Source: Scyliorhinus canicula
Taxonomy: Eukaryota
Direction of reading: 5' to 3'
NCBI RefSeq assembly: GCF_902713615.1
Contig: NW_024055477.1
Coordinates: 62,001 to 126,000, forward strand
Length of the DNA stretch: 64,000 bases
Shown here: positions 59,071 through 64,000 of the stretch, piece after piece
Layout: the number at the start of each line of letters is the position of its first letter
Position numbering within the stretch: the stretch's first letter is position 1
Program-made: the position numbers and the translations under genes
Notes under the pieces: model-generated
Seen by the model: the letters and a program-made list of their open reading frames with translations, nothing else
The model's database searches: none
What the model was told of the DNA's origin: nothing

Positions 59071-62000
59071 GATTAGATTATGCCCTTATTGATTTTCATA
59101 GAATTTACAGTATAGAAGGAGGCCATTCGGCCCATCAAGTTTGCACCGGCTCTTGGAAAGATGCTGTTAATCATGTCCAGGACTGAATAATGTTCACTCT
59201 GATTGTCTTAATCTGCTGCTGAGGCTTCAGCCTGGACACAATCCTTCAGGGTCACACTGAGAGGGACAAATTACACTTTGCTCTTTCTCATCTCTCTTCA
59301 CTGTCAGCAAAGTCCCCGTGTGGGTTAATCCTGAAGTGTGTAAGAAATGTATTCCAGCCGCTCTCTTCCACATCTCAGAACCCCGAGACATGGAACAGAA
59401 GTCTTCTTTACAACTGTGTTCAGAGTCGGGAAGAACAATGGTAAATGCTGGAAATGTAATAATAATAATTGCTTATACATGTCGGCTTCAATGAAGTTAC
59501 TGTGAAAAGCCCCTAGTCGCCACATTCCGGCGCCTGTTCGGGGAGGCTGGTATGGGAATCCGCGCTGCCATGCTTGATCTGCATTACAAGCCAGTGGTTT
59601 AGCCCACTGTGCTCTCAAATCAGCGATTGGTGTAAAACTGTGATGTTCCTGATTGAATGTCAAGCAGCTGGTTTCAGTTTCCAGGCTGAAAATGCATCGG
59701 AATCTGTCTAAAACATTTTAATGTGTTTGTGTGACAGTCACAATGAATTTCTTGAATTGAAACCTACTTAAATAGATTGCTTAAAGTTTGCATTAATATA
59801 GCAGCAGGAGGGTATCACAGGAACCTGGTAACAGCAGGGAGAATTAGACAATAGTTTCATTGCGAGATAAAGAAGGAGCTGCAGCTTGTGTCCAAGAATT
59901 CCCACTTTTATTGATTTTATTGTGCTTCCCACATTCCGTCCTTTTAAATAAACTTCACCCCTACCAGCCTTAAACAATCATAAACATAACAGAGAAAAGG
60001 GCGGAGCTGTGTCTGCCCCTTTAACTGGGGAGCTGAACATTGTCAGAGCCTCGGCTGTCCCTTTAAGACTGAGTGATGTGTTCAGCTGAAAATTCCTATT
60101 GGCTGTTTTCTGGGTGGTCTCCTTATTCTGATCATTCTCAGTGATCCTCGGGTATGTGAACCTGCTCTCCTGTCTCTCATTCAGATCTCTGTTCTCTCTC
60201 AGATTCTCACTTAACCTCTCTCCGCTCTCACTCACTCATTTCACAGACCTCCCACCTCTCTACCTTTCTCTCTGCCACTCTCTCCTTTAACCTTTCTATT
60301 TCACAGAGCGCCTAAATTCACTAAACCTTTCTCTCTCTCATTATCTCCCTCTGAAGAAGCACCGAACACACTGAACCTATGCTTTCTGAGTGAACATCTA
60401 ATTTATGGAGACTCAATCCTTTCTCCCTCTACCTCTCACTTTCTCTCTCTCTCCCTGACTGGCCCTGACTCACTTTTAATCTCCAATTTTCTAATAACCC
60501 TCTTTGAGGAAAACGTAAGTTTCTATAATGTCCCCTCATTTCTCCCAGTGATATCCTCAGTCCATCTTCCAATTCAGTGAATATGTTAATAAATTAAATA
60601 ACCTCATATTTTGATGTTTAAAATGGGAAGTGAGGTGAATGTAATGCTGAGACCGGCAGCAATCTGTGTGGGTGTTCTTGATGCTGTCGGAGTGAGTTCA
60701 CCCTCACAGGCAGGAAGACTGTTCACGGTGATAACATGAAACTGACGCCTGCTGTTTCATTCTCAGGTAACACAACTTCCTGTTTCTCTGCTGCCGGTTC
60801 CAAACCGCACATCTCACTTCTGAGCAGAAAATAAATCCAATAATCACAATCTGGTGAGAACATCTGTCAGTGCGGCCTATATCTGTCCACAGAGTCAGGG
60901 CAGAGTCACACAGATCACATTGTGGTGACATTTACAAATGAGCCGGTTATTTCTGTTCAGAGTCTCCATTCCCGGACAGAACCGGCTGTGTCTGTGAATC
61001 AGTCACTGAGTTCCCTCTGCTCTCTGTAGCTGGGAACTGATAACCTGCTCCCTTATATTTTATATCATTCTTTCTGTGTTACTTGTTTCCTTTATTTCTC
61101 AGCTTTTATCTCTCGCCACCTCATCTTTCTGCTGTTTAAAATCTCAGTTTTTCTCACAGTTCTTCTGTCTCTCCTTTCCTCTGTATCCCTCTCTCGATAT
61201 CTGTATGTTCCTATTTAACTGAGGTGTTGAATTTCATGAACGAATTGTAATGGATTAAAGACAGAAAGAGGGAGACAATCAGTAAATGTTGGAAAAACTC
61301 AGCAGTTCTGGCAGCATCGGTACTGAGAGAAACAGAGTTAACGTTTCAAGTCCCTGTGACTCAGAGCAGGAGAAACCTGGATTGTCCCTCTGAGATCAGG
61401 GAAGGTAAAGGGGAGATTTAATAGAGGTGTTTAAAATGAGGAAGGATTTGTGATAGTGTCGATGGGGAGAAACTGTTCCCCAGGAGCAGGAGGGATTGTA
61501 GCCAGAGGACACAGAGATTTAAGATATTTGGCAACAGAACCCAAGGGGATGATGATGAGAATTGTTTTTACACAGTGATGTGATGTGATCTGGAATTCAC
61601 ACTGACAGGCTGCTGGAAGCAGATTTACAGTAACTTTCAAAGGGAATTGGGTAAACACTTGCAGAGGGTAAACTGGCAGAGTTATGGTGAATGGGGTTAA
61701 TTGGACAGTTCACTCATCTTTGTGACATTCTGAATTTTCCTCTAACTGATGTTTTAACATTTGATCTTTTCAATCACAAAATATCTCAAAGAGAAGATTA
61801 AAACTTTAGTTTTGATGAGCTGTCAGATCCATTTCCTGTGTGACTGTGTAACTCGGGAACTATGAGAAGGAACTGAATATTTTCAGTTCCTCTAACAGAT
61901 GTACCTCAGATATCAGAAATCTCTGGAGTTCCCCATGTCCTCATTGCTGTCCCCTTGGGTATAACAGCTCTCAGTCAGGTGGAGTCAGTCACACGTGTCT

Positions 62001-62305
62001 CTGTCATGTTTCCATTCCTATGTTATCACGCACCTCCCTGTGACACTCACCACAACACACAAACCTCAAAATATCATTGCTTCCTTACACCTTGTCCGCC
62101 TATTACAATCGGATATTTATTGGGCCTTTTATTTCCATTAATATCAGTTTACCTGCAGGTAAAATGACCTCAGAGACACTGGAACCAGACTCTGATTGTT
62201 ATACCAGACTCCATTCAACCCAGGACCTGCAGTGACAACATACACCAGAATTGGAATAAAAGGCAGGTTATTGTCTAATAAAGGGGGCAGCATGGTGGCC
62301 TCGTG

Positions 62306-62707
62306 CAGTGTTTTTCAAACTTTTATTTGGGGGACGCATTTTTACCTGCGCGACCCACCATTTTCTCTTACCTTGTTTGTTGCTCACAAAAATGGAAAAA
62401 ATGGTTTTGGGTCCATTTTGTCCCTTTGGCCCCCCCCCCTCCCGAACTTGGAAAGAAAAATGTTGCGACCATATAAAAAAAATGCGGCCACACTGTGCAT
62501 GCGTATCTGATCATTAGTGCGCATGCGCAACTATGCGCATGTGTACCGATGATCGGACACACATGCACAGTGCAGCCAAGTTTTTAAAATCTATTCCTGG
62601 CCATTTTGAAGGCCGCTCACAGCCGGCATTATTAACGGCTCCATGGCCCTCCCGACACCCGCCCATGACCCACCCGCGGGTCGCGTCCCTGAGTTTGACA
62701 ATGCCTG
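62306..62707. mobile_element. Non-autonomous hAT element (MITE), 402 bp
   Basis: TIRs CAGTGTTTTTCAAACT / CAGGCATTGTCAAACT; 8-bp TSD gcctc(g/a)tg at 62298-62305 and 62708-62715. Confidence 0.8.
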
Positions 62708-64000
62708 GCCTCATGCTTCGCACTCGATCATAGATCATAGAATTTACAGTGCAGAAGGGTGCCATTCGGCCCATCAAGTCTGCACAGGCCCATGGAAAGA
62801 TCACGCTATCTAAGCCCACACCTCCACCCCATCCGAGTAACCCAGTAACACCATCTAACCTGTTTGGACACTAAGGGGAATTTACCACGGCCAATCCACC
62901 TAATCTGCACATCTTTTTCGACTGTGGGGGGAAACTGGAGCACCCGAAGGAAACCCATGTAGACACGGGAAGAACGTGTAGACTCTGCACAGACATTGAC
63001 CCAAGATGGGAATCGAACCTGGGACCCTGGAGCTGTGAAGCAACTGTGCTAATCATTGTGCTACCGTGCCACTGCTGCCTCATGGTGCCAAGGTCCCGGA
63101 TTCGATCCTGGCCCTGGGTCACTGTCCGTGTGGAGTTTGCACATTCTCCCTGAGTCTGTGTGTGTCCCACCCGCACAACCCGAAGATGTGCAGAGTAGGT
63201 GGATTGGCCACACTAAATTGCTCCTTGGAAAAAAATGAATTGGGTACTCTAAATTTATTTTTTTAGGGTTATTGTCCAATGGGACAGATCAACACACACC
63301 AGAAGTGGATTATATTATGTTTTCAACAAACCATGACTACTTCACTACTATTTGAAAACCAAATTTAGTTATGGTTCTCTCGATACTGGCTGCATTATCA
63401 TTACATTGGATCCAATGATGTGTTCACTCACTCACTGCAGTCTGACTTATTGGAACAGACAAGGTGTTTGTTACTCTCAAAGTGAGTGAATACTTTGCTG
63501 TTTATCCTCTGGGCCCCATCTCCACTATTATTGTCTGATTGTCCCACTGAGACTCACTGGTATTATTGGACAATCAGGGGTAGCACGGTAGCACTGCAGC
63601 CTCACAGTGCTGAGGTCCCAGGTTCGATCCTGGCTCTGGGTCACTGTCCATGCGGATTTTGCAGATTCTCCCCGTGTGTCTGCGTGGGTTTGCTCCGGTT
63701 TCCTCCCACAGTCCAAAGATGTGCAGGTTAAGTGGATTGGCCATGCTAAATTGCCCTTAGTGTTGGGTGGGATACTGGGTTATGGGGATTGGGTGGAGTT
63801 GTGGGCTTGGGTATGGTGCTCTTTCAGGGAGCCGGTGCGGACTTGATGGGCTGAATGGCCTCCTTCTGTATTGTACATTCTATGAAATTCTCCCCGCGTT
63901 TGCGTGGGTTTTGCCCCGACAACCCAAAGATGTGCAAGTTAGGTGGTTTGACAACGCTTCCCTTCATTGGAAAAAATGAATTGGTTAGTCGAAAGTTATT

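Noticed and set aside
60644-60950. Possible leader exon (MLRPAAICVGVLDAVG|GTGAGT) plus an exon starting VTQLPVSL, with GRVT and GYFC in other frames
   Set aside because: No C..W framework, motifs scattered over three frames, no RSS; it could be a very decayed IgSF exon but cannot be supported by eye.
61880-63490. Short AG/GT-bounded stretches (about 61900-61958, 63437-63481) that might be small exons of a gene continuing outside the window
   Set aside because: No recognisable domain and inconsistent donors; needs RNA-seq.

Overview
Eukaryotic, repeat-rich DNA from a cartilaginous fish; a catshark-like shark is inferred from the V-SINE, CR1, Rex1 and Penelope families. Left part (1-17 kb): a solo LTR inside a CR1 fragment; two T-cell-receptor-alpha/delta-like V pseudogenes with 23-bp-spacer RSSs (one with leader exon and TCR-type promoter decamer); and a rearranged tRNA cluster (Asn-GTT, Val-AAC, several half-tRNAs, and duplicated tRNA-Pro genes carrying an 18-nt intron at the canonical 37/38 position). 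Middle (17.9-38.6 kb): a young 5'-truncated CR1 with intact ORF2; an intact two-exon GPR139/GPR142-like GPCR gene; three adjacent minisatellites (CCAAT, YY1-motif, telomere-like G-rich); and a 10-kb endogenous retrovirus. The provirus has disrupted gag/pol, an uninterrupted env, a 4x73-aa coiled-coil repeat in Gag, a slippery heptamer at the gag/pol overlap and non-matching flanks. Right part (38.6-64 kb): decayed C2H2 zinc-finger genes in head-to-head pairs around CpG-island promoters, with many SINE/LINE/Penelope/hAT insertions. All calls come from manual reading; no searches or structure predictions were run, and boundaries of degenerate elements are approximate.
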